64,000 nt of DNA from Candidatus Latescibacterota bacterium (lineage in GTDB: Bacteria > Latescibacterota > UBA2968 > GCA-2709665): positions 2,912,001-2,976,000 of the forward strand of contig OZ241917.1 in NCBI GenBank assembly GCA_965203805.1, in the 5' to 3' direction. A model generated the notes under the pieces. The model had not been told where the DNA came from. It saw only the letters and a program-made list of their open reading frames with translations, and made no database searches. The translations under genes and the position numbers were made by a program. Positions 50,063 through 59,546 of the stretch are shown piece after piece; position 1 is the stretch's first letter, and every line of letters begins with the position of its first letter.

Positions 50063-50253
50063 TCTCAATTGGCATGGATTGATCGACGGCCCGACGTCTC
50101 ACAAACCGCCAGGCATTGTATCAATTGATGAATAGATGGTCGAACGAACCAAAAATGGTCGAATGGGCCGACATATCTTTCTTTTTTAATAAGTTACGTC
50201 ACAGAGGAGCGATGGACGGCCAATTGATCAGGAAACACCCGATAGCCGTTGGT

Positions 50254-50312
50254 ATTCTATAACCCATTAATTTTATTGCATTTGTTTAATTGACGGGTAA
50301 TTGACTGGAAAC
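50254..50312 (+). repeat. 59-bp direct repeat, copy 2
   Basis: 57/59 identical to 48348-48406. Confidence 0.9.
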
Positions 50313-50406
50313 TTCCAATGATCGCCGACGCCACTCCGCTACGTCCGTGCCCCAACCTGCTGTATACGGTCTATGCAATGCGGCATTGAAGATTGGAAGA
50401 ACGGCC

Positions 50407-51468
50407 ATGATCGAATACAAGACCGGCGACATCCTCTCCGAGCAAGCCGAAGCCCTGGTCAATACCGTCAACTGCGTAGGAGCCATGGGACGTGGCATCG
50501 CACTTCAGTTCAAACGAGCCTTTCCTGACAATTTTAAGGCGTACGCAGAGAAATGTAAGCGAAAAGAAATACAACCAGGAAAGGTGTTTGTCTTCGAAAC
50601 TGACGAACTTTTCCATCCACGTTACATCATCAACTTCCCTACCAAACGGCATTGGAAAGGCAAGAGTCGAATGGAGGATATTGAATCCGGCCTCGCGTCT
50701 CTCGCAAAGGAAATCAGGTCACACCACATTCGCTCGATCGCCATTCCCCCGCTTGGCAGTGGGCTGGGTGGGCTAAACTGGCAGGAGGTACGTACGCGTT
50801 TGGTATCCGCTCTGGACGAATTCGAAGATGTCAGAATCGTGATATTTGAACCGGGAGGCGGACCGGCTGATACGCGCCCTAACCGTTCGCGCGATGTGCC
50901 CAGGATGACCGCCGGGCGAGCCGTTTTGGTCGAACTCATGGAACGCTACAGGTCAGGCCTTATGGATCCGTTCGTAACTCTGCTTGAAGTGCATAAGCTT
51001 ATGTATTTTATGCAGGTCGCGGGTGAGCCATTGAGGTTAGAATTCGCCAAAGGCCCTTACGGACCGTATGCAGAAAACCTTCGCCATGTGCTGAACGCAA
51101 TTGAGGGGCATATGGTGAGTGGATATGAAGATGGCGGCGACGCACCCGACAAGCAACTGGAACTGGTTCCGGGCGCGCTTGCGGACGCTCGAGCGTTTCT
51201 TGAGCACAAGGCCGAAACGCGCGCTCGTTTCAATAAGGTTTCGGATCTCGTCGACGGATTCGAGTCGTCGTTCGGTCTTGAACTGCTCACAACGGTTCAC
51301 TGGATCGTCAATGAAAAGAGGGAATTTGTCTTCGACGAGATCGTTAACGACATTTACGCATGGGACAAAAGAAAGAGACAATTCTCAAAGCGTCAGATCG
51401 GGATTGGTTACCAAGTTCTGTGTGAGAAGGGCTGGATTGATCACGTCGACATGCCGGAAACCCTATGA
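50407..51468 (+). CDS. darG: DarG-like macrodomain protein
   Basis: ALVNTVNCVGAMGRGIALQFK, INFPTKRHW, PPLGSGLGGL; C-terminal LEVHKLMYF..GPYGPY..GLELLTTVHW. Confidence 0.8.
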   Translation: MIEYKTGDILSEQAEALVNTVNCVGAMGRGIALQFKRAFPDNFKAYAEKCKRKEIQPGKVFVFETDELFHPRYIINFPTKRHWKGKSRMEDIESGLASLAKEIRSHHIRSIAIPPLGSGLGGLNWQEVRTRLVSALDEFEDVRIVIFEPGGGPADTRPNRSRDVPRMTAGRAVLVELMERYRSGLMDPFVTLLEVHKLMYFMQVAGEPLRLEFAKGPYGPYAENLRHVLNAIEGHMVSGYEDGGDAPDKQLELVPGALADARAFLEHKAETRARFNKVSDLVDGFESSFGLELLTTVHWIVNEKREFVFDEIVNDIYAWDKRKRQFSKRQIGIGYQVLCEKGWIDHVDMPETL

Positions 51469-54464
51469 ACACCGACACCACCGAACGCGGTCTTGAAAGT
51501 CTCATCTGCAGGTCGCTGGCCGGCGACTCGAATGAGGCGAAGCGTCCAGGCGATTCGGGTGACAGGCCCGCCACCTATAGCGCGGGGTGGCTTCACGGAG
51601 ACCCGCACGACTATGACCGTGAATATTGTGTAGACCTGAACCAACTCTCGACGTTTCTGAACCTGACCCAGCCCGGCGTTGCAAAGGCTCTGAAACTGGG
51701 TCAGGACAACCCGATCCGACGGAAGTTCCTGGCTCGCATCCAGGGCGAGATCACCAGGCGCGGAACAATTGACGTGCTGCGCCGCGGGATTAAGCACGGG
51801 CGACATCAGGTCGATCTGTTCTACGGTGCGCCTTCGCCCGGCAACGAAACAGCCAGAGCTCGGTACGAGCATAACCGATTCAGCGTCACCCGCCAACTGC
51901 AATACAGCCGTGACAAGACCCGACTCGCACTCGATTTGTGCCTGTTCATCAACGGTCTGCCGGTCGCAACTTTCGAACTCAAGAACAGCCTTACAAAGCA
52001 AACGGTGGAGGACGCAATCGAGCAGTACAAACGCGACCGCAGCCCCTCCGAAAAGCTGTTTGAGTTCGGTCGGTGCCTCGTCCACTTTGCCGTTGATGAC
52101 CACGAAGTGCGTTTCTGTACCCATCTCAACGGCAAGGCATCCTGGTTTCTGCCGTTCAACAAAGGTTGGGACGACGGCGCGGGCAACCCGCCGAATCCGA
52201 ATGGTCTGAAGACGGACTACCTGTGGAAAGAGGTGTTAACGCGCGACGGGCTGACGGACACCATCGAAAACTACGTCCAGATCGTCCGGACGAAGGATGA
52301 CAAGACAGGGCGTGTGAAACGGGAACAAATATGGCCGCGTTACCACCAGCTTGACGTCGTGCGCAGGCTGCTGTCGGATATCTATGTGTCACGAGTCGGC
52401 AGGCGCTATCTGATCCAGCACTCGGCCGGCAGCGGGAAGTCGAACTCCATCGCATGGCTTGCCCACCAGTTGATCGGTCTTAAGGAGGGCGACGCCCCAT
52501 TGGTCGATTCGATCATTGTCGTTACCGATCGCAGGGTCCTGGACCGTCAGATAAGGGACACCGTAAAGCAGTTCGCGCAGGTCGCCTCCATCGTTGGACA
52601 CGCGGATCGATCCGCAGATCTCAGCGCCTTTCTGGCGTCGGGTAAGAAGATCATCATCACGACGGTCCAGAAATTCCCCTTTGTGCTCGACAAGATCGGC
52701 GATGAACACCAGGGACGCCGGTTCGCGATCATCATCGATGAAGCCCATTCGAGCCAGGGCGGCAAGATGTCCGCTGCGGTATCCATGGCGCTGGGTGACG
52801 CCGGCGGAGACGACGATGAGGACACGACCGAGGACAAGATCAATCGACTTATGGAATCCAGGCAGATGTTGCAGAATGCCAGCTACTTCGCGTTTACGGC
52901 GACCCCTAAAAACAAAACACTCGAGATTTTTGGGGATCCTGAAGACCGAGGGGAGAACGTCGGACACGTCCCCTTCCACAGCTATACGATGAAACAGGCG
53001 ATCCAGGAAAGCTTCATCCTGGATGTGCTTGCTCACTACACGCCGGTTGCCAGTTACTACCGTCTCATGAAAAGCGTGGATGACGATCCTCTCTTTGACA
53101 CCAGGAAGGCGCAAAGAAAGCTCCGGAGGTACGTGGAATCTCACGATCACGCCATACGCCATAAGGCGGAGATCATGGTCGATCACTTTCACGACCAGGT
53201 AATTGTACGGCGAAAAATCGGGGGTCAGGCGCGGGCGATGGTGGTCACCAGCGGAGTCGAACGCGCGATTCAGTACTTCCATGCCTTCCAGGACTATCTT
53301 GAGAAACGCAAAAGTCCCTATCGTGCCATTGTCGCCTTCTCCGGCGAGCATGAGTATGGCGGCCGTAAAGTCACCGAGGCGTCGCTGAATGCCTTTCCGT
53401 CCAATCAAATCGCTGACATGATTCAAGAAGACCCGTACCGGTTCCTGATCTGCGCCGAAAAATTCCAGACCGGATACGACGAGCCGCTTCTGCACACCAT
53501 GTACGTGGACAAAGTGCTTTCCGGCATCAAGGCGGTACAAACGCTTTCGCGTCTGAACCGTGCCCATCCGCGGAAGCACGACACCTTTGTGCTGGACTTC
53601 ATGAACGATGCAGAGGAAATCAAGACGTCTTTCGAGGATTATTACCGCACTACCATTCTGGCCGAAGAGACGGACCCGGATAAACTGCACGACCTCAAGG
53701 CGAGCCTGGACGGCTGCCAGGTTTATCGATTGGAGCAGGTCGAAGAACTGGTGTCGTTGTATCTCGACGGTGCAGACAGGGACAGGCTGGATCCGATCCT
53801 GGATGCATGTGTGGCGGTGTATCGGTCCGAACTGGACGAGGATGGGCAGGTCGAGTTCAAAGGAAACGCCAAGGCTTTTTCACGGACTTACGCGTTCCTG
53901 GCGCCGATCCTGCCGTATACCAGCGTTGAGTGGGAAAAGCTCTCGATCTTCCTGAATTTCCTTATTCCGAAACTCCCACCCCCTGTAGAAGAAGATCTCT
54001 CCAAAGGCATTCTTGAGGCGATTGACATGGACAGTTACCGCGTCGAGGTTCGGGCGACAATGAAGATCGCTCTCGCTGACGAAGACGCGGAAATCGATCC
54101 CGTGCCTGCAGGCGGCGGAACCGGTAAGCCCGAGCCCGAGATCGACCACCTCAGCAATATACTGAAGACATTTAACGAACTGTTCGGGAATATCCATTGG
54201 AAGGATTCGGATAAGATCAGAAAGGTCATTGCCGAGGAGTTGCCGGAGAAGGTCGCTGCGGATACAGCTTACCGGAACGCGATGGAGAATTCGGACGAGC
54301 AGAACGCGCGCATCGAGCACGACAAGGCACTCGAGAGGGCCGTGACCGCACTGTTATCCGATCATGCCGAACTTTTCAAACAGTTCAGCGACAACGAGTC
54401 GTTCCGGCGATGGCTTTCGGAGACCAACTTTCGGACCACGTACCGGCAAACAGAAAAGGTTTGA
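51465..54464 (+). CDS. hsdR: Type I RM restriction subunit
   Basis: LFINGLPVATFELKN, QHSAGSGKS, DEAH, FTATP, FQTGYD, QTLSRLNR. Confidence 0.95.
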   Translation: MNTDTTERGLESLICRSLAGDSNEAKRPGDSGDRPATYSAGWLHGDPHDYDREYCVDLNQLSTFLNLTQPGVAKALKLGQDNPIRRKFLARIQGEITRRGTIDVLRRGIKHGRHQVDLFYGAPSPGNETARARYEHNRFSVTRQLQYSRDKTRLALDLCLFINGLPVATFELKNSLTKQTVEDAIEQYKRDRSPSEKLFEFGRCLVHFAVDDHEVRFCTHLNGKASWFLPFNKGWDDGAGNPPNPNGLKTDYLWKEVLTRDGLTDTIENYVQIVRTKDDKTGRVKREQIWPRYHQLDVVRRLLSDIYVSRVGRRYLIQHSAGSGKSNSIAWLAHQLIGLKEGDAPLVDSIIVVTDRRVLDRQIRDTVKQFAQVASIVGHADRSADLSAFLASGKKIIITTVQKFPFVLDKIGDEHQGRRFAIIIDEAHSSQGGKMSAAVSMALGDAGGDDDEDTTEDKINRLMESRQMLQNASYFAFTATPKNKTLEIFGDPEDRGENVGHVPFHSYTMKQAIQESFILDVLAHYTPVASYYRLMKSVDDDPLFDTRKAQRKLRRYVESHDHAIRHKAEIMVDHFHDQVIVRRKIGGQARAMVVTSGVERAIQYFHAFQDYLEKRKSPYRAIVAFSGEHEYGGRKVTEASLNAFPSNQIADMIQEDPYRFLICAEKFQTGYDEPLLHTMYVDKVLSGIKAVQTLSRLNRAHPRKHDTFVLDFMNDAEEIKTSFEDYYRTTILAEETDPDKLHDLKASLDGCQVYRLEQVEELVSLYLDGADRDRLDPILDACVAVYRSELDEDGQVEFKGNAKAFSRTYAFLAPILPYTSVEWEKLSIFLNFLIPKLPPPVEEDLSKGILEAIDMDSYRVEVRATMKIALADEDAEIDPVPAGGGTGKPEPEIDHLSNILKTFNELFGNIHWKDSDKIRKVIAEELPEKVAADTAYRNAMENSDEQNARIEHDKALERAVTALLSDHAELFKQFSDNESFRRWLSETNFRTTYRQTEKV

Positions 54465-54551
54465 AGGGTCACCGGCTTCGGGTCGTGTTTGATTGTGAGG
54501 CATCGATGCGTTCTGAGCGCCGTACCGACGACAATGGGCCGGTTCACCATT

Positions 54552-54658
54552 TTGACGATGAAGGCCCCTTTTCGCATCTGAGAAGGTGCCGTTTTTGCGT
54601 TCGATGTCCTGGATTTGAGGTGATTTGATTTATGACAATACACGTCGAAGGCCAGGTC
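54552..54658 (+). repeat. Right 107-bp direct repeat of the island
   Basis: Matches 35466-35572; includes RBS and first 9 codons of the 54632 gene. Confidence 0.9.
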
Positions 54659-56830
54659 CGCGACGCTGCTTCCAAACGCGGACTCGAGAATGTCCCCGTT
54701 TCCAACGGGGAGCACCTGGTGCGAACGGACGCGGCCGGGCGCTACGCCCTGCAGGTCTCGCCGGATGCGCACCGGTTTGTCTTCGTCACCGTACCCGATG
54801 GCTATCGGCCCGGTGAGGGCTTCTACCGTTCGACGCTCGGGTGGACCGGTGACCAACGCGGGGTTGATTTCGACCTCGCGAGGCTGCCGGATGGGGAAAG
54901 TGAAACCTTCTCGATGGCCCATATCAGCGACACCCACGTCGTGTTGGACGAAGACCGGACGCCGGGCAGGATGTTGTCGCAGGATCTGCGGCAACTGGTT
55001 CGCGAAGCCCGCCCGGACCTGATCGTCGCGAGCGGAGACCTGACCGACTGGGGGACGCTGGAGGAACTCGAGCAATTTCGTGACGCCATCGAGAGCGTTT
55101 CGACGCCCGTATTGCCGATGTTCGGCGGGCACGACGGGAACCAGGAGCGTTTCGGCGATTTGACTGTCGACGAGCTTGTCGCATTGAAACACAAAAGAGA
55201 GTACGCGAAGATAGAGGAGATCCTGAAGCAGCGCGAAGGCGAACCCTTCACGCGCAACTATGAACAAGTACTCGGTCCCCCGTATTCCAGTTTCGATCGC
55301 GGGCGATGGCATTTTGTCCTCTATCCGAACGAGGATAATTTCTACCCGTTGCCGGACCGGAAACGTAAGGAAGACTGGCTGTGGGCGGACCTGGCGCAGC
55401 AGCCGCGGGACCGCCGCGTCGTCGTCTTCCTTCACAAACCCCCTTCGATTCCCTTCCTCTCTGCGCTGGGCCGCTATCCTGTCAGGATCGTGATGCACGG
55501 GCATTGGCACTCCAGCAAAGTGTTCACCCACAACGGGATCACTGTCGCGGCAACGCCCCCGCTCTGTTTCGGTGGTCTGGACAACCGGCCCCGGGGCTAT
55601 CGAACCGTTGAATTTCAAGGCGCGGATTTCAGGTTTCGGCTTGAGCCGCTTTCTGACGCAACAGGCCGGTCGAACTCCTCCGCGGATAAGTCGATCCCCC
55701 TCGACGACACAGGCAAGCGCCTGCGGCTTGTCTGGACGCATCAGCTTCCGGTGGGGGTGCACCGTGCGGCGCCGGTCCGTTCCGGCGATCGGATCCTGAT
55801 AAGCCTCGCCGATGAAGGAGTTCCCGCCCAAAACGGCGTCGCGTGTCTCGACGCCGGAAGCGGCGCGCAATCGTGGCGGGTGTCTACGGACACCGCTGTG
55901 AAGAACAGCGTGGCGATCCCCCCGCCTTCCGCAGCTGCAGATAATGGGACTGATCTATGCGCCGCGGTATCCGTTGCCGGGAGATTGTACGTCGTCGAAA
56001 CGGAATCGGGACGCGTTCGCTGGAAGGCAGACCTGCCGGGATATCCGGAGCGGTGGATCTATGCTTCTCCGGTCATTGCGGGCCAGATGGTGTACGCGGG
56101 CGGCAAATCCGGCTATGGGGCGTACGATCTGACAACCGGTGAGCAACGGTGGTACACGTCGCTTGAAGGCGGCGATGGGTGGCCGTGCTACGCGAGTCCT
56201 CAGGCCTGCGGCGACCTGCTCATTCTGCTCGTCCAGCGGCGGGGGCTGATGGCGCTGGACAGGCATTACGGCAAGGTCGTCTGGGAACGGACCATGGGCG
56301 TCGAGAATCCCTACGCGCGGCCCTTGGTGGACGGCGGTGTCCTGTTCACCGGCAGCGGCGCTCCGGCGCTTCACTGGTACGGGGGCGAACCGGCGCACAT
56401 GGCGGCCCTGAACGTCCATAAAGGCGAGCTGATTTGGGACCGGCCCGTTCTTCCTTCGAGATATCCAACCGGGCTGGCGATTCGGGGCGACCGGTTCTAC
56501 GCGACCACGCCGGACGGCGAGGCGCTGTGTTTCAATCTCCACACCGGCGCGTTGCAGTGGCGATTCCGGACGGGCGAGGACCTGCTGGATATGGTACCGG
56601 CGCGCCGCGGCGTCCGATCCATCCTGGCCGCGCCAGTCTTCTACAAGGACCGTCTGCTCATCGGCGGCGATGACGGTTGCCTCTACGTACTGAATGCCGA
56701 AACCGGTGCACGCATCGGCCGCGCGGCGCTCGGATCCCCGATCGCGGCCGCTCCGTGTCTCACCAATGACGGGTTTTGCGTGGGCACGTACGACGGGCGG
56801 CTGCACTGTTTCGCTGAATGTGAGGGATAG
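54632..56830 (+). CDS. Calcineurin-like metallophosphoesterase fused to a PQQ/BamB-type propeller
   Basis: HISDTH, GDL, GGHD, HGHWH; repeated TG..W blades. Confidence 0.88.
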   Translation: MTIHVEGQVRDAASKRGLENVPVSNGEHLVRTDAAGRYALQVSPDAHRFVFVTVPDGYRPGEGFYRSTLGWTGDQRGVDFDLARLPDGESETFSMAHISDTHVVLDEDRTPGRMLSQDLRQLVREARPDLIVASGDLTDWGTLEELEQFRDAIESVSTPVLPMFGGHDGNQERFGDLTVDELVALKHKREYAKIEEILKQREGEPFTRNYEQVLGPPYSSFDRGRWHFVLYPNEDNFYPLPDRKRKEDWLWADLAQQPRDRRVVVFLHKPPSIPFLSALGRYPVRIVMHGHWHSSKVFTHNGITVAATPPLCFGGLDNRPRGYRTVEFQGADFRFRLEPLSDATGRSNSSADKSIPLDDTGKRLRLVWTHQLPVGVHRAAPVRSGDRILISLADEGVPAQNGVACLDAGSGAQSWRVSTDTAVKNSVAIPPPSAAADNGTDLCAAVSVAGRLYVVETESGRVRWKADLPGYPERWIYASPVIAGQMVYAGGKSGYGAYDLTTGEQRWYTSLEGGDGWPCYASPQACGDLLILLVQRRGLMALDRHYGKVVWERTMGVENPYARPLVDGGVLFTGSGAPALHWYGGEPAHMAALNVHKGELIWDRPVLPSRYPTGLAIRGDRFYATTPDGEALCFNLHTGALQWRFRTGEDLLDMVPARRGVRSILAAPVFYKDRLLIGGDDGCLYVLNAETGARIGRAALGSPIAAAPCLTNDGFCVGTYDGRLHCFAECEG

Positions 56831-56956
56831 ACCTGGCGGACCCGCCCGATTCAACATCGTTTTGTTATTCGCACCGGGGCAGGATTCGACCTGACAAGCT
56901 GGCAAGTAAGTGACAAAGAACTACATACTATCTCGCTTGTTCATCAAATTTCAATA

Positions 56957-56985
56957 TTGACGAATATGCAAATAAGTAGTAGATT
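56957..56985 (+). promoter_or_regulatory. Sigma70-type promoter of abiEi
   Basis: TTGACG-17-TAGATT, 10 nt before ATG 56996. Confidence 0.55.
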
Positions 56986-56995
56986 TGTTCTGTCT

Positions 56996-57832
56996 ATGTC
57001 CACTATTCATCAATTGAGCGGGCCGGTAAGACTCAATGAATTCCTGGCGCGGCACGCCGTGTTTACAGTTGACCAGTTGGATCGCTACCTGTCCGATCGA
57101 GGATCAGACAATCCCAGCACCCGTAAATCGCTGTTGACCTATCACCGCAAGCGAGGACGGGTCGTCCGCATTCGCCGCGGGCTTTATGCGACCGTACCTC
57201 CGGGAACGGACCCGGCGTTGGCGTCGATCGATCCGTATCTCGTCGCGGCCAGGATGACCGGGGACGCGGTGCTGGCTTACCACACGGCCCTGGAGTTCCA
57301 CGGAAGGGCCTATTCCGTCCATTGGAGATTGGTTTATGTGTCGGCGAGCAAGTCGCTTCCGCTCACGTTCCAATCCCACTTATTCCGTCGTGCCCCCGTG
57401 CCGCCTCCGCTCCGGGCCAAGGGTGAGGAATCCTTCGGTGTTACATGTCAGGAGCGCTCGGGCGTAGAAACCCGCGTTACCAACCACGAAAGAACATTCG
57501 TCGATGTGCTGGACAGGCCGGATCTGACGGGAAGCTGGGAAGAGATATGGAGGTCTCTGGAGTCGGTGGAGTTCTTCGATCTGGATCAGGTTATTGAGTA
57601 TACCCGATTGCTGGAAAACGCGACGACTGCCGCAAAGGTAGGGTTCTTCCTGGAACAACACAGGGATTCTCTAATGGTTGAAGAAGCCCACCTGGATTCC
57701 CTGCGCAAGCTCCGTCCACGACAGCCCCACTACCTTGAGCGGAAGCGATCCAGGGGCTGCCAACTGGTACGGGAATGGAACCTGATGATTCCGGGAGAAA
57801 TCCTGAATCGAGACTGGGAGGAGGCGCTGTGA
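56996..57832 (+). CDS. AbiEi family type IV TA antitoxin
   Basis: RIRRGLY, LAYHTALEFHG, RVTNHERTFVDVLDRP. Confidence 0.85.
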   Translation: MSTIHQLSGPVRLNEFLARHAVFTVDQLDRYLSDRGSDNPSTRKSLLTYHRKRGRVVRIRRGLYATVPPGTDPALASIDPYLVAARMTGDAVLAYHTALEFHGRAYSVHWRLVYVSASKSLPLTFQSHLFRRAPVPPPLRAKGEESFGVTCQERSGVETRVTNHERTFVDVLDRPDLTGSWEEIWRSLESVEFFDLDQVIEYTRLLENATTAAKVGFFLEQHRDSLMVEEAHLDSLRKLRPRQPHYLERKRSRGCQLVREWNLMIPGEILNRDWEEAL

Positions 57833-57903
57833 GATTCACTGCGTCCGAGGTCCTCCCCGCAGCAAGGGCCAATGGCTTCAACGAGGAAGTGAAGGAAACG
57901 TAG
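57829..57903 (+). pseudogene. N-terminal stub of AbiEii toxin
   Basis: GTGA overlap and GGAGG RBS; VRFTASEVLPAARANGFNEEV then stop. Confidence 0.55.
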
Positions 57904-57929
57904 CACGACCCGATGCCGCCAACTCCTGA

Positions 57930-58040
57930 AGCTCGGACCTTCGGGGCAGGAACCGCTATCTGTGCCTGGTGGTGAAGAGGGAGACGTCCCACGCTTTCAT
58001 CGTCACCGCATATCTCGCCCGGAAAATCAAAGGAGAGTGA
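57930..58040 (+). pseudogene. C-terminal remnant of a RelE-like toxin
   Basis: RYLCLVVKRETSHAFIVTAYLARKIKGE* with no upstream start; directly precedes a DUF2283 gene. Confidence 0.55.
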
Positions 58041-58042
58041 CT

Positions 58043-58468
58043 ATGGCCAGCACGAGGGTGTCTGTCTGGTACGACGACGACGGGGACATGCTCGAGGTCT
58101 TGTGGGCGTTCAGAGAGGGGTACTTCAGCCCGACCGGCGACGAACGCATCCTCAAGCGGATGAACGACGACGGTGAGGTGATCGGATTCCTGATTCACGA
58201 CGTCAGTACGCTAAAGCAGCCGGGTCCCCTTGAGTTCGAGTTGACGTCCGAGTCCCCCGCCGATGACGTCGCCAACGTCACGGTCCGACAGGCCGCGATT
58301 CGGTTGGGCGTCTCGGAACGCCGGGTGCGGAAGCTTGCCGGCGACGGCCGTGTGAAGGGGGCGACGAAGGCCGGAGGGGAGTGGTTGATTCCCACTCCTG
58401 TAAAGGTGATTCCGGGCAGGCGCGGCCCCGCCGGTGTCGCCGGACGTGTCGGTGTAATGGAGGACTGA
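58043..58468 (+). CDS. DUF2283 antitoxin-like domain fused to excisionase-like HTH
   Basis: VWYDDDGDMLEV..GEVIGFLI; VRQAAIRLGVSERRVRKLAGDGRV..GGEWLIP. Confidence 0.75.
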   Translation: MASTRVSVWYDDDGDMLEVLWAFREGYFSPTGDERILKRMNDDGEVIGFLIHDVSTLKQPGPLEFELTSESPADDVANVTVRQAAIRLGVSERRVRKLAGDGRVKGATKAGGEWLIPTPVKVIPGRRGPAGVAGRVGVMED

Positions 58469-58487
58469 CTGAAAACCGGGAGGTATC

Positions 58488-59489
58488 ATGGCATCGCCAT
58501 TACAATCACAGCCTTGGGAACGGCCGGACACGCCGATCTTCAGCAATTCTCCGCCGCCCCAGCCATGGATGAAATGCAATATCTACTGTCCGCGTGTCAT
58601 TTACGCCGAAGGCAAGTACCGAATGTGGTTCAGCGGGTCGGCGGTGCGCCCCACGCTGTATCGAACGTGTATCGGATACGCCGAATCGGACGACGGCCTC
58701 GCATGGACGCTCCACCCCGACAATCCGATTCTGACGGCCGACGGTCTTGCATGGGGTCAGAGCCTGCATACCCCCAGAGTGCTGTACGACGAGGACGAGC
58801 AACATTACAAGATGTGGTTCCTGAGCACGACCCACGTGGAGTATCGAGACGACGGCATCCTCGCGAAGGATATCCGGAGCGACATGGGTTACGCGACCAG
58901 CAGGGACGGAATCCGCTGGGATTTCTGGCCCGAGCCCCTGATCCGGGAATGCCGGGCGCCGTGCGTTCACAAGGAAGACGGCCGCTATCGTATGTGGCTC
59001 AACGCCAGGCCCAATCCGGAGGACTCGTGGGAAACGGCCTATGGATACGTGTATGAATACAAGTCGGAGGACGGGATCGGCTGGATCCGGCGTGAACACC
59101 CGGCGGTTCAGGCAACGGGCAACACGAAGTCGTGCGTCTATCCGGAAGTTCATAAGATCAATGGGACGTATTACATGTGGCATATCGGACATCTGAAGAA
59201 GAAGGACGGTCCGATGAATATGGTCTACCACGAGATCTTCTGCGATACGTCGACAGATGGAATTAACTGGACGCTGAATCACCAGACCCCCGCGTTTGCC
59301 GCCTCGAGGGATCTGGAACGTTTCGACTGGAAGACGGTATCGACGCCGTGCGTGGTGGATATCGGCGACAGGTTGCGGCTGTATTACGCGGGGTGCAATC
59401 TGAAGACGAATTTTAATCTGTTCGAGGGCGGTGACAACGGCGAGGGGATGCACATCGCCGTGGCGACGATGCCCAGAGACGAACTGTAG
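58488..59489 (+). CDS. Beta-propeller glycosidase-like protein, paralog of 10831 and 15816
   Basis: IGYAESDDG..HPDNPIL, GYATSRDG, CVYP, STPCVV. Confidence 0.7.
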   Translation: MASPLQSQPWERPDTPIFSNSPPPQPWMKCNIYCPRVIYAEGKYRMWFSGSAVRPTLYRTCIGYAESDDGLAWTLHPDNPILTADGLAWGQSLHTPRVLYDEDEQHYKMWFLSTTHVEYRDDGILAKDIRSDMGYATSRDGIRWDFWPEPLIRECRAPCVHKEDGRYRMWLNARPNPEDSWETAYGYVYEYKSEDGIGWIRREHPAVQATGNTKSCVYPEVHKINGTYYMWHIGHLKKKDGPMNMVYHEIFCDTSTDGINWTLNHQTPAFAASRDLERFDWKTVSTPCVVDIGDRLRLYYAGCNLKTNFNLFEGGDNGEGMHIAVATMPRDEL

Positions 59490-59546
59490 AGTCCACGCTC
59501 GGGGGAACGCCAGATCGAAAGAACGGGTGGTGCGACAGGAAACGGG

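Larger units (their letters stand above)
35573..54551 (+). mobile_element. Defence island built on a type I RM system
   Basis: Flanking direct repeats, AT-richer cargo genes, RM/TIR/macro content; no integrase seen. Confidence 0.7.

Noticed and set aside
38724-51468. Type II Thoeris assembled from TM gene + TIR + macrodomain
   Set aside because: The macro protein is DarG-like, lacks TM helices and lies 10 kb from the TIR
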